Shown here in pieces: positions 19,922 to 30,050 of a DNA stretch of 64,000 nt. This DNA comes from an uncultured candidate division Zixibacteria bacterium (lineage in GTDB: Bacteria > Zixibacteria > MSB-5A5 > GN15 > PGXB01). The stretch is taken from contig OY969724.1 of the NCBI GenBank assembly GCA_963702205.1, positions 2,368,001 through 2,432,000 on the forward strand. Reading direction: 5' to 3'. The notes beneath the pieces are model-generated. The model was not told where the DNA came from and ran no database searches. It saw only the letters and a program-made list of their open reading frames with translations. Each line of letters begins with the position of its first letter. The first letter of the stretch is position 1. Both the position numbers and the translations under genes were made by a program.

Positions 19922-20509
19922 ATGAAATTAAAAAAGATATTTTGGCTTACGATATTTTTGCTGTTACTCCCGTTCTCCCTGCGTGTCTGGTCCGGTGATT
20001 TCGGGCAGTCGACGTCGCTTTTCACGGACATCAAGGCCCACGGAATCGGGGACATACTGACGGTACTTATATATGAATCCGCGACGGCTTCCACGCAGGC
20101 CGAAACCAAAACCCAGAAAGACGGCAAGTTCGAACTTGAAGGCGGACCGGGAATCGGCACGCTGGACTTTCTGCCTCTGTTCGGAGTCAGCGGTTCAAAC
20201 AAGGGCTCACATAACGGCAAAGGCGAAAGCCAGCGCAGTCAATCATTACGCGGCAAAATGACGGTAACCGTAATCGGCGTCAAAGAAAACGGTGACCTTG
20301 TTATCAAAGGCAGCCGCACGGTCAATATATCCAAAGAAAAAGAAACTATGACCGTCTCCGGCGTCGTACGCCAGAGAGACGTCGCCGCCGACAACACGAT
20401 CGCCTCGTATTTGATCGCCGACGCGGAAATTTCATACACCGGTCGCGGGGCCGGTTCGGATGCCGCCCGTCCGGGACCGCTCATGCGGTTTCTTAACTGG
20501 CTCTTTTAA
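19922..20509 (+). CDS. flgH: L-ring protein FlgH
   Basis: 'LFTDIKAHGIGDILTVLIYE', 'NGDLVIKG', 'IADAEISYTG'. Confidence 0.92.
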   Translation: MKLKKIFWLTIFLLLLPFSLRVWSGDFGQSTSLFTDIKAHGIGDILTVLIYESATASTQAETKTQKDGKFELEGGPGIGTLDFLPLFGVSGSNKGSHNGKGESQRSQSLRGKMTVTVIGVKENGDLVIKGSRTVNISKEKETMTVSGVVRQRDVAADNTIASYLIADAEISYTGRGAGSDAARPGPLMRFLNWLF

Positions 20510-20518
20510 GGAGGACCG

Positions 20519-21652
20519 ATGCGCAATTTGATATGCACGAAGATTTCTATTCCGACTTTCCTGGTCGTCTGGCTGGCTCTGGCGCTAAGTTTGACCGCGC
20601 CGCAGGCCGATGCCTCGGCACGCATCAAGGACATAGTCAGGATTCACGATAAAAACGAGCTCGACGTCTTCGGCTATGGCCTGATCATCGGTCTCGATGG
20701 TTCCGGGGACAGCAAAAGCACGCAATTTACGATCCAATCGCTGGCCAATATGCTGGAACGGCTCGGTGTTACGGTCGATGCCACCCAGCTCAAAGTCAAG
20801 AACGTCGCGGCGGTGATGGTAACCGCCCGAATTTCATCCGACGCAAAAGAAGGTGACCGGCTGGATGTGACCGTCTCATCGATAGGGGATGCCAGTTCTC
20901 TGCAGGGCGGTGTCCTCATGCTGACCCCGTTGTCGTCCATGCAGGGTGACGTATACGTCCACGCGCAGGGACCGGTGTCGATCGGCGGATTCAACGTCCA
21001 GGTTGAGGGCGGCAGCAAGATTATCAATAACTATACTCTCGTCGGCCGGGTGCCGGGCGGCGGCAAAGTCGTGCGCATCCCCACCGATCTGCCCAATTCC
21101 AAAGAAGTTATGCTTATAGTGCAATCGCCGGATTACGCGACGGCCGATCGTATCGCGACCAAAATCAATACAAAGTACGGTCTGATGGCTTATGTCGATG
21201 ACGCCGCCACGGTTCGTATCGTCGTGCCCGATTCGCTCGACTATCCCAACGACAGAACCCGGATGCTGGCCGACGTCGGTTCGATGACAGTCGAGCCGGA
21301 TTCTCCGGCAAGAGTAGTGATAAACGAACGAACCGGGACTATTGTCGCAGGCGATCATGTCACGATCGCGCCGGTGGCGATAGCGCACGGTAATATTACC
21401 GTCAATATAAAATCGACGCCCGTCATATCCCAGCCCGAACCGTTCTCGCAAGGGGAGACGGTGGTGACATCGGATTATGAGTTGTCGGTAAACAACGAAC
21501 AGGCCCGGGTGGTGAATCTCAAAGAGTCGGTGACCCTGTCCGACGTGGCCAATGCCCTGAATGAAATCGGGGCCGCACCGCGCGACATTATCGCCATTTT
21601 TGAGGCACTTCGCCAGGCCGGTGTCTTAAGAGCGCAACTGGTAATCATATAG
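20519..21652 (+). CDS. flgI: P-ring protein FlgI
   Basis: 'RIKDI', 'GYGLIIGLDGSGD', 'KNVAAVMVTA', 'VVINERTGTIV'. Confidence 0.96.
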   Translation: MRNLICTKISIPTFLVVWLALALSLTAPQADASARIKDIVRIHDKNELDVFGYGLIIGLDGSGDSKSTQFTIQSLANMLERLGVTVDATQLKVKNVAAVMVTARISSDAKEGDRLDVTVSSIGDASSLQGGVLMLTPLSSMQGDVYVHAQGPVSIGGFNVQVEGGSKIINNYTLVGRVPGGGKVVRIPTDLPNSKEVMLIVQSPDYATADRIATKINTKYGLMAYVDDAATVRIVVPDSLDYPNDRTRMLADVGSMTVEPDSPARVVINERTGTIVAGDHVTIAPVAIAHGNITVNIKSTPVISQPEPFSQGETVVTSDYELSVNNEQARVVNLKESVTLSDVANALNEIGAAPRDIIAIFEALRQAGVLRAQLVII

Positions 21653-21660
21653 AAAAGATC

Positions 21661-22524
21661 ATGCAGGTAAACGGCGGCACACATACGGCGATAACGTCGA
21701 AGGCTCTCAGCGCCAACGAGACTATGGAGGATCGCAAAGCGAAATTATACAAAGCCTCCAAAGACCTCGAATCGATATTTCTGTATCACATGCTGCAAAC
21801 CATGCGAAAGACCGTGCCGGATAACTCCGGTGGTCTCAGTGCTCCCGGTATGGGTTTCGGAAAAGACATGTACACCCAGATGTTCGACCAGGAACTGGCC
21901 TCGAAAATGGCCGGGGTTGGCAACCGCAGTCTGGCCGACGTGCTCTATAAAAATCTCGAAAAGGTCCTGGAGCGGGAATCCGGTATCGAACCCAGGCCGC
22001 ATGATGTAAATACTCTGATCGAAAAGGTTCAGAAGCCGATGAATTTGAAAATCCAAAGCATCCCGCTGGAATCCGATGAACCGGCCAAACTCAAGCCATT
22101 GAAAAAGTCGGAACCGTTCAACGACTTGAAACCGATGATAAATCGGGCTGCGGAAAAATATAACCTCAAACCGGAACTGATCGAGTCGGTCATAAAGGCC
22201 GAGTCGGGCGGCAATCCCCAAGCGGTTTCACGAGCCGGGGCCAAAGGCCTGATGCAGCTTATGGATACGACCGCGACCGACGTCGGTATCACCGATTCAT
22301 TCGACCCCGAGCAGAACATACAGGGGGGAGCGAAATATCTGCGACAAATGCTGGACCGGTTTGGGGATTTAAAGACGGCCCTGGCGGCTTATAACGCGGG
22401 ACCGGGGACGATTGAAAAATATGGCGGTATTCCGCCCTATAAAGAAACCCACGATTATATAGATAAAATTTTGGGACAACTCGAAACCGAACCCGTCGAA
22501 CTGGTTTCGGCGGCTAAAGAGTAA
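21661..22524 (+). CDS. flgJ: FlgJ rod-binding domain fused to an SLT lytic transglycosylase
   Basis: 'ESIFLYHMLQTMRKT...YTQMFDQELA' plus SLT motifs 'AESGG', 'GLMQLM', 'AAYNAG'. Confidence 0.85.
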   Translation: MQVNGGTHTAITSKALSANETMEDRKAKLYKASKDLESIFLYHMLQTMRKTVPDNSGGLSAPGMGFGKDMYTQMFDQELASKMAGVGNRSLADVLYKNLEKVLERESGIEPRPHDVNTLIEKVQKPMNLKIQSIPLESDEPAKLKPLKKSEPFNDLKPMINRAAEKYNLKPELIESVIKAESGGNPQAVSRAGAKGLMQLMDTTATDVGITDSFDPEQNIQGGAKYLRQMLDRFGDLKTALAAYNAGPGTIEKYGGIPPYKETHDYIDKILGQLETEPVELVSAAKE

Positions 22525-22541
22525 AATTAAGATGCCGAAAG
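22515..22541 (+). promoter_or_regulatory. Putative internal sigma28 promoter at the flgJ/flgN junction
   Basis: TAAA-N15-GCCGAAAG, with TAAAG at -35. Confidence 0.55.
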
Positions 22542-23056
22542 AATTAATAGAAAATAGTGCAGATTCTGAACTGGTACTGGAATTGATTCAAGTACTGGAA
22601 CGGGAAGCGTCCCTGATTGAAACATTCCTCGATTTGTTGGAACGGCAGCAAAAGGCGCTGGTCCAAAACGACATCGCGGAACTGAATCGGGTGACCGATC
22701 TGCAGAGGAAAAAAGTCGCAGAAAGCGCGGAATTGTCAAGACGACGGGAAAAGCTGATAGGACAAATATCGGACGTTTACGATGAACAAGACAATATCAA
22801 TATTTCCAAGCTCATCAGCCTGGTGTCGGCAGGTCATGCTGACAACCTTTCGCGAATCAAAGACAATATTCTCGATCTCAACGACAAGGTTGCCACAGTA
22901 CGCAGCCAGAACGAACTGCTTATCGAGCAGTCGAGGAAAAATATCCGGGTGACCATGGAAATTTTGGGTAAAATAAAATCCCCTCAATACAGTTATGAGA
23001 AAGAGGGGCGTGCCGCCGGAAACGATACCTCCCTGGCAATGGACAGGAGGGTGTAA
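22532..23056 (+). CDS. flgN: FlgN export chaperone
   Basis: Helical protein ('LLERQQKALV..DI.EL', 'NELLI'); directly before flgK. Confidence 0.8.
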   Translation: MPKELIENSADSELVLELIQVLEREASLIETFLDLLERQQKALVQNDIAELNRVTDLQRKKVAESAELSRRREKLIGQISDVYDEQDNINISKLISLVSAGHADNLSRIKDNILDLNDKVATVRSQNELLIEQSRKNIRVTMEILGKIKSPQYSYEKEGRAAGNDTSLAMDRRV

Positions 23057-24447
23057 TGGGACTTTTCAGCGGAATCGAAATAGGCAAGCGCGCCTTGATG
23101 ACCAACCAGATTTGGCTGCAGACGATTGGTCACAATATCGCCAACGCCAATACACCCGGCTTTTCGCGCCAGCGAGTAAGTACTGCGGCTACTTATCCCC
23201 AGCAATTACCGATCGGGGCCCTCGGGACCGGTGTTTCTGCGATAGGCGTCTATCAGGTTAAAGATCAATTTTTGACAGACCAATATCGCATGCAGAATAA
23301 ATCTCTGGGTGAATGGACCTCGAAAGAGAAAACTTTGAGTCAGCTTGAACAGATTCTAAATGAACCCGGCGACAGCTCCATCAACAGCCTCCTCGATCAG
23401 TTCTGGGCGAAATGGTCAGAACTCGGTAACAACCCGGATTCTTTGTCGGCGCGGTCGGACCTGTTATCGGCGACGACCATACTGACCGATAACCTTCACC
23501 TTATTGCCGGAAAAATCGACGACGTGAGAAAATCGACCGATATCGAAGTCAGCCTGACACTGGAAAAAGTCAATAATATGGCGTCTGAGATTGCCCAGCT
23601 CAACGTCGATATCGCCCGTCAGGAACTCGGGACGGAAAAAGCCAATGATCTGCGCGACCGCCGGGATACGATTATAGATGAACTGTCTTCTTACGTCGAT
23701 CTCAACGTGCACGAACAGGCCAACGGTTCTGCGACCGTCTATATCGGCTCGCTGGCTATCGTGGAGGGTGGCCAGTCGTTTAAGCTGGGAACGCAGGAAG
23801 ACAAATCCGGCGACCAGACGACACATAATATTGTGTGGGCGAACACCGACCATGTCATCAAAAATCTCAAGGGCCAGCTCAAGGGATTAATCGAGACACG
23901 CGATACCACGATCCCCGAGTACCAGAGCGCACTTGATGATCTGGTGCATTCGCTGGTCGCCAATGTCAATGCCGTGCATCGTGATGGATTCGGGCTGGAT
24001 GGTACTACGGGTCTCAACTTTTTCGACCCGGCCGGTGTCACCGCCGATTCCATAAAACTTAATTTCGATATTGAATCCAATCCGGATAAAATCGCGGCTT
24101 CACGCTCCGGTGAGGTCGGGGACAATACTAATTCTCAGGCTATCGCCGATCTTCGCAACAGCCTGCTGATGGAAAACGGGACCGCGACGCTGTCGGATTT
24201 CTATCAGAACATCGTCGGCGATATCGGGATCAAGGCCGGCAATGCCAAGAGTCAGAAATCTAATTTCGAGCTTCTGGTTTTACAAGTGGAAAACAATCGC
24301 CAGTCCGTCCAGGGCGTATCGCTGGATGAAGAAATGGCGCAGATGATAAAGTACCAACACGCTTATGACGCCGCCGCGCGAGTGGTTACGACCATGGATG
24401 AAGCGCTGGGCACGATTATACAGGGAATGGGCGTCACGGGAAGATAG
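23056..24447 (+). CDS. flgK: Hook-associated protein FlgK
   Basis: 'GHNIANANTPGFSRQR', 'NDLRDRRD', 'GVSLDEEM..MIKYQHAYDAAA'. Confidence 0.95.
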   Translation: MGLFSGIEIGKRALMTNQIWLQTIGHNIANANTPGFSRQRVSTAATYPQQLPIGALGTGVSAIGVYQVKDQFLTDQYRMQNKSLGEWTSKEKTLSQLEQILNEPGDSSINSLLDQFWAKWSELGNNPDSLSARSDLLSATTILTDNLHLIAGKIDDVRKSTDIEVSLTLEKVNNMASEIAQLNVDIARQELGTEKANDLRDRRDTIIDELSSYVDLNVHEQANGSATVYIGSLAIVEGGQSFKLGTQEDKSGDQTTHNIVWANTDHVIKNLKGQLKGLIETRDTTIPEYQSALDDLVHSLVANVNAVHRDGFGLDGTTGLNFFDPAGVTADSIKLNFDIESNPDKIAASRSGEVGDNTNSQAIADLRNSLLMENGTATLSDFYQNIVGDIGIKAGNAKSQKSNFELLVLQVENNRQSVQGVSLDEEMAQMIKYQHAYDAAARVVTTMDEALGTIIQGMGVTGR

Positions 24448-24482
24448 ATAAGCTAACAAGAGATTAGTCCACGGAGGGCGTT

Positions 24483-24803
24483 TTGCTGATTTTGACAAGG
24501 AAGTTGGGTGAATCGATAACTATCGGTGATGAAATTAAAGTCACCGTCCTCGGTGTTTTCGGACGGCAGGTCCGTATAGGCATCGAAGCTCCGCCGAAAG
24601 TGGTCGTTCACCGCGAAGAGGTATATGTCCGCATTCAGAATGAAAACCGCAAGGCTGCCAAATCGGTCAAACAGGACCTGGGCAGTATTGTGAAAGCATT
24701 GAAGGACAAAATCGCCGGAAGCGGCGAGAAAAAGAAACCGCCGGAAATTAAATACAAAAAGGACACGAAAAGGCCTCCCGGTCCCAATGCCGGGACCACC
24801 TGA
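24483..24803 (+). CDS. csrA: Carbon storage regulator CsrA with an extended C-terminus
   Basis: '[16 protein letters not shown]...VRIGIEAP...VHREE'; TTG start after GGAGGG. Confidence 0.93.
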   Translation: MLILTRKLGESITIGDEIKVTVLGVFGRQVRIGIEAPPKVVVHREEVYVRIQNENRKAAKSVKQDLGSIVKALKDKIAGSGEKKKPPEIKYKKDTKRPPGPNAGTT

Positions 24804-24854
24804 TAATATTCCGGTTCGTAAACAGGCCCCGTGTCCGTAAAGAAAGTTTAACGC

Positions 24855-26786
24855 ATGCGAGTATCAAGTTCGATGGTACCAGATCAGGTTTCCTTTAACC
24901 TGAACCGATCCCTTACCCGCTATATGGAACTGCAGACAATGATGTCATCCGGGCGAAGGATCAATGTTCCGTCCGATGATCCGACGGGAACGCAGAAGGA
25001 TATGCAGTACCGCACCATGCTGGCCCAGATAGATCAGTACCAGAGCAATATATCCTATGGAAACAGCCTGCAAAATCACTATGAATCGGCGTTGCGCGAA
25101 ATCGAACAGATGGTTTCCGACGCCAACGTCCTCGCGGTCGGGCTGTCCAACGGTGATTATGACGCCAACGCTCGCCAGGCGGCGGCCGATGACGTTCACG
25201 GTATTTTCGAGGCCATCCTGGCGCAGGCCAATTCTCAGGTGCAGGGGAAATATATCTATTCCGGTTTCAAGACCCGCACAAAATCTTTTGAACTGGGCGC
25301 CAATGGGGTCGAATACATGGGCGATACCGGCAATATCAACGTTGAGATAGAGCCCGGCTCGAAAACGCAGGTCAATCTGCTCGGATCGCAGGTGTTCATG
25401 AACCGGCTGTCGGTATTAGGAGAAAACTCCAATCTTAATCTTGGCATTGGCGCAAACTCGCTTCTGGCTGATTTGAATCTCGGCGCCGGAGTCGATCTGA
25501 CTACCGGCCAGTTCACGGTTACCGACGTCAATAAAAATATCAGCGTGACAATAGACGTCAGCGGAGCCACGACTCTTGACGACGTCGTTACCGCGGTCAA
25601 TACACAACTTACCGCCGGTGGAATAACAAACCTGACGCTCGACTACGGTATCGGCGGGACCGAACTTCAATGGAACTCCGCTCCCGACGGACAAATAACG
25701 GGCGATACGAAATTGACGAATTTGAATGCCGGGCGGGGTGTGGACCTGTCGAGCGGCGTTATCGCCATAAAGAATTTCGATGAATCGATAAACCTCAACG
25801 TCGACCTTTCGGGTGCCACGACGATAGACGACGTATTGCAGGTTCTGAACGATGCTTTCGCGGCCAGTTCCGACCCTCAGGTGCAGGCCCTTACGGCATC
25901 CATAAGCGCAAGTGGAACCGGTATTGATATTTCCGACCCCAATAATCTGGGCCTGACAATTACCGATATTGCGCCGGGCAGTACAACCGCCTCGGATTTG
26001 GGCATTTCCGGCGACGTTGGGCTTGTTCTGAATGGGGCCGATCTGAACCCGCAAACCGAATTTTCCGTCGCGGAAATGGGAGCGGGGCAAACCACGGCCG
26101 GTGATCTGGGTATATCGGGGAATTTCTACGGCATGATGGACGGACAAAGCATTGTTCCTCAATTAACGATGGATACTCCACTGTCGCTTCTCAACAACGG
26201 TCACGGCGAAGAACTGGGGCAGATCAGAATTTCTCTCGGCCGGGTTTCCAGGATAGTCGACCTCGGCAATTCCAGCTACACGACCGTCGGTGATTTGATC
26301 AACGCTTTGAACGGTACCGGGCTGGATATCGAAGCGTCGATAAACGACGCCATGACCGGCATTCAGATTGTCCCCACCGTCGATAACGCCTCACTTATAA
26401 TCGACGAAGTCACGGGTGGAAATACGGCTCATACGCTGGGCATTTTCGGCTCGCCCGATATTTTCGGCAGCCTGATGCTTCTGGAACAAGCACTGCGCAA
26501 CGACGACCAGGGCGTGGTGGGGCAGTTGATGGGCAACCTCGATGAATCGATACAGGATTTGTTGAACAACTTGGCGAAAGTCGGAACCCGCGTCAAGCGC
26601 ATGGATTCGACCCAGTCCCGCCTTAGCGATATGAGTTACACATATAAATCGCTCTTAAGCGACGTCGAAGATGCCGACCTGACCCAACTCGTAACGGATC
26701 TGGCAATGCAGGAAACCAGCTACCAGGCGGCCCTGATTGCATCTTCGAAAATAATACAGCCGACGTTATTGGACTTTTTGGCATAG
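24855..26786 (+). CDS. flgL: Hook-associated protein FlgL (long form)
   Basis: 'SSGRRINVPSDDP', 'YIYSG', 'EDADL...YQAAL....IIQPTLLDFL'. Confidence 0.92.
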   Translation: MRVSSSMVPDQVSFNLNRSLTRYMELQTMMSSGRRINVPSDDPTGTQKDMQYRTMLAQIDQYQSNISYGNSLQNHYESALREIEQMVSDANVLAVGLSNGDYDANARQAAADDVHGIFEAILAQANSQVQGKYIYSGFKTRTKSFELGANGVEYMGDTGNINVEIEPGSKTQVNLLGSQVFMNRLSVLGENSNLNLGIGANSLLADLNLGAGVDLTTGQFTVTDVNKNISVTIDVSGATTLDDVVTAVNTQLTAGGITNLTLDYGIGGTELQWNSAPDGQITGDTKLTNLNAGRGVDLSSGVIAIKNFDESINLNVDLSGATTIDDVLQVLNDAFAASSDPQVQALTASISASGTGIDISDPNNLGLTITDIAPGSTTASDLGISGDVGLVLNGADLNPQTEFSVAEMGAGQTTAGDLGISGNFYGMMDGQSIVPQLTMDTPLSLLNNGHGEELGQIRISLGRVSRIVDLGNSSYTTVGDLINALNGTGLDIEASINDAMTGIQIVPTVDNASLIIDEVTGGNTAHTLGIFGSPDIFGSLMLLEQALRNDDQGVVGQLMGNLDESIQDLLNNLAKVGTRVKRMDSTQSRLSDMSYTYKSLLSDVEDADLTQLVTDLAMQETSYQAALIASSKIIQPTLLDFLA

Positions 26787-26808
26787 AACCTTCACATTGG
26801 AAAATGTT

Positions 26809-27288
26809 ATGAATTTATCAACGCAAAGATTCGGGGACGTGACGATTCCTGAGAGCAAGATAATTACAATGCCCAAGCCCGTGCTCGGATTCGAACACCT
26901 CAAGAGGTACTGCATCATCGAACGCGACGATACCGAACCGTTTTTATGGTATCAGTCGATCGACGATCCCGGCGTGGCCTTCATGATCGTTAACCCGATC
27001 GTGGTGTGCCCGGATTATCGAATCGAAGTGAATCCCCGGGAACTCGATGAGCTGAGGATCAGGGACGTCAGGGACGTGGAAACGTACGCCATCGTCACCA
27101 TTCCCGATCGGCCGACGGATATCTCCATCAACCTGCAGGGTCCAATCCTGATCAACACCCGGACGCGCCTGGCCAAACAGCTGGTGCTGGTTAATTCGTC
27201 CTATCGTGTCAAGCACCTGCTTTCGGATCTGCTGGACAGCGCGGCCGATATCGAGCTTCCGGAAGTCGTCGAAGAACTGGCGGTGTAG
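26809..27288 (+). CDS. fliW: Flagellar assembly factor FliW
   Basis: 'TQRFG', 'GFEHLK', 'WYQS', 'NLQGPILIN....AKQLVL'; alternative TTG start at 26797. Confidence 0.92.
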   Translation: MNLSTQRFGDVTIPESKIITMPKPVLGFEHLKRYCIIERDDTEPFLWYQSIDDPGVAFMIVNPIVVCPDYRIEVNPRELDELRIRDVRDVETYAIVTIPDRPTDISINLQGPILINTRTRLAKQLVLVNSSYRVKHLLSDLLDSAADIELPEVVEELAV

Positions 27289-27294
27289 ACCCCG

Positions 27295-29949
27295 ATGGCG
27301 CGCGGTCAACGCAACAACGGGAGCAAATCCGGCCGCATAAATAAAACCAATCGACCAACTGCCAAAAACAGACGGTCATCGGTCACGCGCACCGGAAAAA
27401 AACTCCCCGATCCGAACGCTTCGCCGCTGGCTGCGGCGCAGTCGCTTTATCAGAAAAAGCAGTACGAACAGGTATGTGAGAAATTCTTACGGTTCGATCT
27501 GTCTGAAATTCCCGATAGAGACGATCGTCGCAAGTTCCTTGCGATTATGGCTATTTCTTTGACCGTCACCGATCGGCTGGAAGAAGCCGAAATCGCCGCC
27601 ATGAAAGGCCTGGAATTAAACGGCTCGGATAAAGATTTCCACTATGTTCTGGCATATATCAATGTTAAATATAAAAATCACGATCTGGTTCTTGAATATT
27701 GCCAAAAGTATCTGTCAAACAATGAGAATTTGTCAAATACCAATAACTTAAGTCGCGGCCTCGATCATTTTATTTATAATTATCGCGGTCTGGCCCAGGC
27801 GGCCAAAGGCGATCGCAATGCCGCGTGCGAATCGTATGAAAACGCCATCGAGATCGATCCAAAAGTAGAGCATGCCTATTTAAACGTCGCCAACCTTCTG
27901 AATTCACTGAACCATACCGATGATGCCCTGCGCTGGGTGAAAGCGGGTTTGCAAAAATGTCGCCAGGTCCAGGAACTCAGGATGATGAAGAAAAACCTCG
28001 AAAACAGGGTCACAATCAGCGCCTGCATGATCGCGAAAAATGAAGAAGAGCTCCTGCCCGGGTGCCTGCGCTCGATCCGCGACTGGGTGGATGAAATTAT
28101 AATTGTCGATACCGGCTCCGAAGACCGGACCATCGAAATAGCCAAAGAATACGGAGCCAAAATTTACAAGCAAAAATGGGCTGATGATTTTTCGGCGCCC
28201 AGAAATTTGTCCCTGCAGAAGGCATCGAGCGACTGGATTTTTGTAATCGACGCCGACGAGGAATTTGTCGCCGAGGACGTAAACAAACTTCGGACGATAC
28301 TGGCCCATACAGAAAACCGTATGATCTCGGTCAACATCGAAAATATAAATCCCAAAACGGGGGAAACGTCATCGGGCTTGATCAGCATACGACTGTTTAA
28401 AAACAGCCCGGACTTCTATTATGAAGGGATAGTCCACAATCAGTTGAAATATCCCGAAGGCCTCGAAGCGCTTCCGGTACCGGTAACTCTTAAGCATTAC
28501 GGATATAACCTTGCCCCGGAAAAAATGCGACAGAAATTGTTGCGTTCGCGCGCGCTTCTGGAAAAACAGCTCGAAGAACAACCCGATTTTGCCTTCGCTC
28601 ATTTCAATATGGCTCAATTGCTAAGAAGCCTGACCGACGAAAATGAACCCGGTATAAATGACAAAGTGGTCTATCACGCAAAGCGGGTTATAGAGTTGAC
28701 CGATAAAAGCCTCGGCATACACCTTCAGGCCCACCATCAGGCCGCCTTTGCCAGTCTAAAGAAAAAGGACCTGGATACCGCCGAAAAATATCTTGGCAAG
28801 GCGCTGGAGATTAAACCGGATTATCTCGACGCCTTATTTACGTACGGGCAGATTTATATCGCTCGCAAAGATTATGATAAAGCGGCATCGGCTCTCAACA
28901 AGTATCTGGACTTGCAGCAGAAATACGGACAGCAGGTGAAAACGGACAACATGATCCAGATGTACATTCGGGCCCGTCATATCGCCTATTATTATCTCGG
29001 ATTGATGGAATACGATCTCGGACGAAAAGAAAAAGCTGTTGAATATTTTAAATTAACTCTATCCGAACAGGAACCGTTTCGGGATACCTATATTCGCCTG
29101 GCGTGTATCTATCTCGATTGGCAGGAGCCGGACCGGGCCTTGCCTTATCTGGAAAAAGAACTCGTCAACAATCCCGATTTGGATATTGCGCATTTATATA
29201 AAGGCGGAGCCTTGATGCAGCAGGATCGTTTGGTCGAAGCGGAGGAATATTTCCTCAATTCCCTGGAATTAACACGCGACAACCAGGAAGTTTTCAAAAA
29301 AGCCGGATGTTTTCTGGCCGGGCGGAGGGAATATACAAAAGCCATTGACGCCTTTAGCAGGTGGGTTAGCATTGCTCCGAATCTGTTCGAACCCTGGCAT
29401 TTAAAGGCTCGGGCGGAATACGAGGCGGAAGATTTCGAGGCCGCTATTGAATCTTTCCGGCGTTGTCTGGAACTCGATAGTGAAAATGTCGAAGTCCTTA
29501 ACGATCTGGCCAACTGCTATTTTAAACTCGGCGATTATGAGGCCGCCGAAAAGGAATTTTCAAAAGCTCTCGAAATGCAGACAAATCTGGCCGTTACCTA
29601 CCGCAATCTGGGTTTGACAAAAATAAAGCTGGGTAAAAATAAAGAGGCCCTGGCTTTTTTGACGGAGTATCTACAAACTACTCCCGATGACTTTACCATT
29701 GAGAGGGCCGTTGCCGATATACTCATCAAATTGGGCAGCTACGCCTCGGCCATACAACATCTTGAGAAAATATTACAGCATAACTCCACTGACATAGATG
29801 CCCTTCTTGCTATATCCGAATGCTACGAAAATATGGGACATGTCCAATCGGCGCAAATCGGTTACAATCAAATACTTAAGATCCGGCCCGGGCATCAGAA
29901 GGCTGAAGCGCATATAGCCCGGATAAAAGCTGCCCTGAAATCGGTTTAA
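27295..29949 (+). CDS. TPR-repeat GT2 glycosyltransferase, candidate flagellin glycosyltransferase
   Basis: 'ISACMIAKNEE', 'VDTGS.D.T', 'DFSAPRN', 'IDADE', 'HYGY', with TPRs on both sides; next to flagellin. Confidence 0.88.
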   Translation: MARGQRNNGSKSGRINKTNRPTAKNRRSSVTRTGKKLPDPNASPLAAAQSLYQKKQYEQVCEKFLRFDLSEIPDRDDRRKFLAIMAISLTVTDRLEEAEIAAMKGLELNGSDKDFHYVLAYINVKYKNHDLVLEYCQKYLSNNENLSNTNNLSRGLDHFIYNYRGLAQAAKGDRNAACESYENAIEIDPKVEHAYLNVANLLNSLNHTDDALRWVKAGLQKCRQVQELRMMKKNLENRVTISACMIAKNEEELLPGCLRSIRDWVDEIIIVDTGSEDRTIEIAKEYGAKIYKQKWADDFSAPRNLSLQKASSDWIFVIDADEEFVAEDVNKLRTILAHTENRMISVNIENINPKTGETSSGLISIRLFKNSPDFYYEGIVHNQLKYPEGLEALPVPVTLKHYGYNLAPEKMRQKLLRSRALLEKQLEEQPDFAFAHFNMAQLLRSLTDENEPGINDKVVYHAKRVIELTDKSLGIHLQAHHQAAFASLKKKDLDTAEKYLGKALEIKPDYLDALFTYGQIYIARKDYDKAASALNKYLDLQQKYGQQVKTDNMIQMYIRARHIAYYYLGLMEYDLGRKEKAVEYFKLTLSEQEPFRDTYIRLACIYLDWQEPDRALPYLEKELVNNPDLDIAHLYKGGALMQQDRLVEAEEYFLNSLELTRDNQEVFKKAGCFLAGRREYTKAIDAFSRWVSIAPNLFEPWHLKARAEYEAEDFEAAIESFRRCLELDSENVEVLNDLANCYFKLGDYEAAEKEFSKALEMQTNLAVTYRNLGLTKIKLGKNKEALAFLTEYLQTTPDDFTIERAVADILIKLGSYASAIQHLEKILQHNSTDIDALLAISECYENMGHVQSAQIGYNQILKIRPGHQKAEAHIARIKAALKSV

Positions 29950-29997
29950 GTCGCTCCACGACAGAAATTTCTTGAATCGTGTACAGGACGGCGCCAA

Positions 29998-30024
29998 TAA
30001 AGTTTTTGGCGTTTTTGCCGATTT
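29998..30024 (+). promoter_or_regulatory. Sigma28 promoter of flagellin
   Basis: TAAAGTTT-N11-GCCGATTT, near consensus. Confidence 0.85.
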
Positions 30025-30050
30025 AAATTACAAAGATATAGAGAAGAAGT

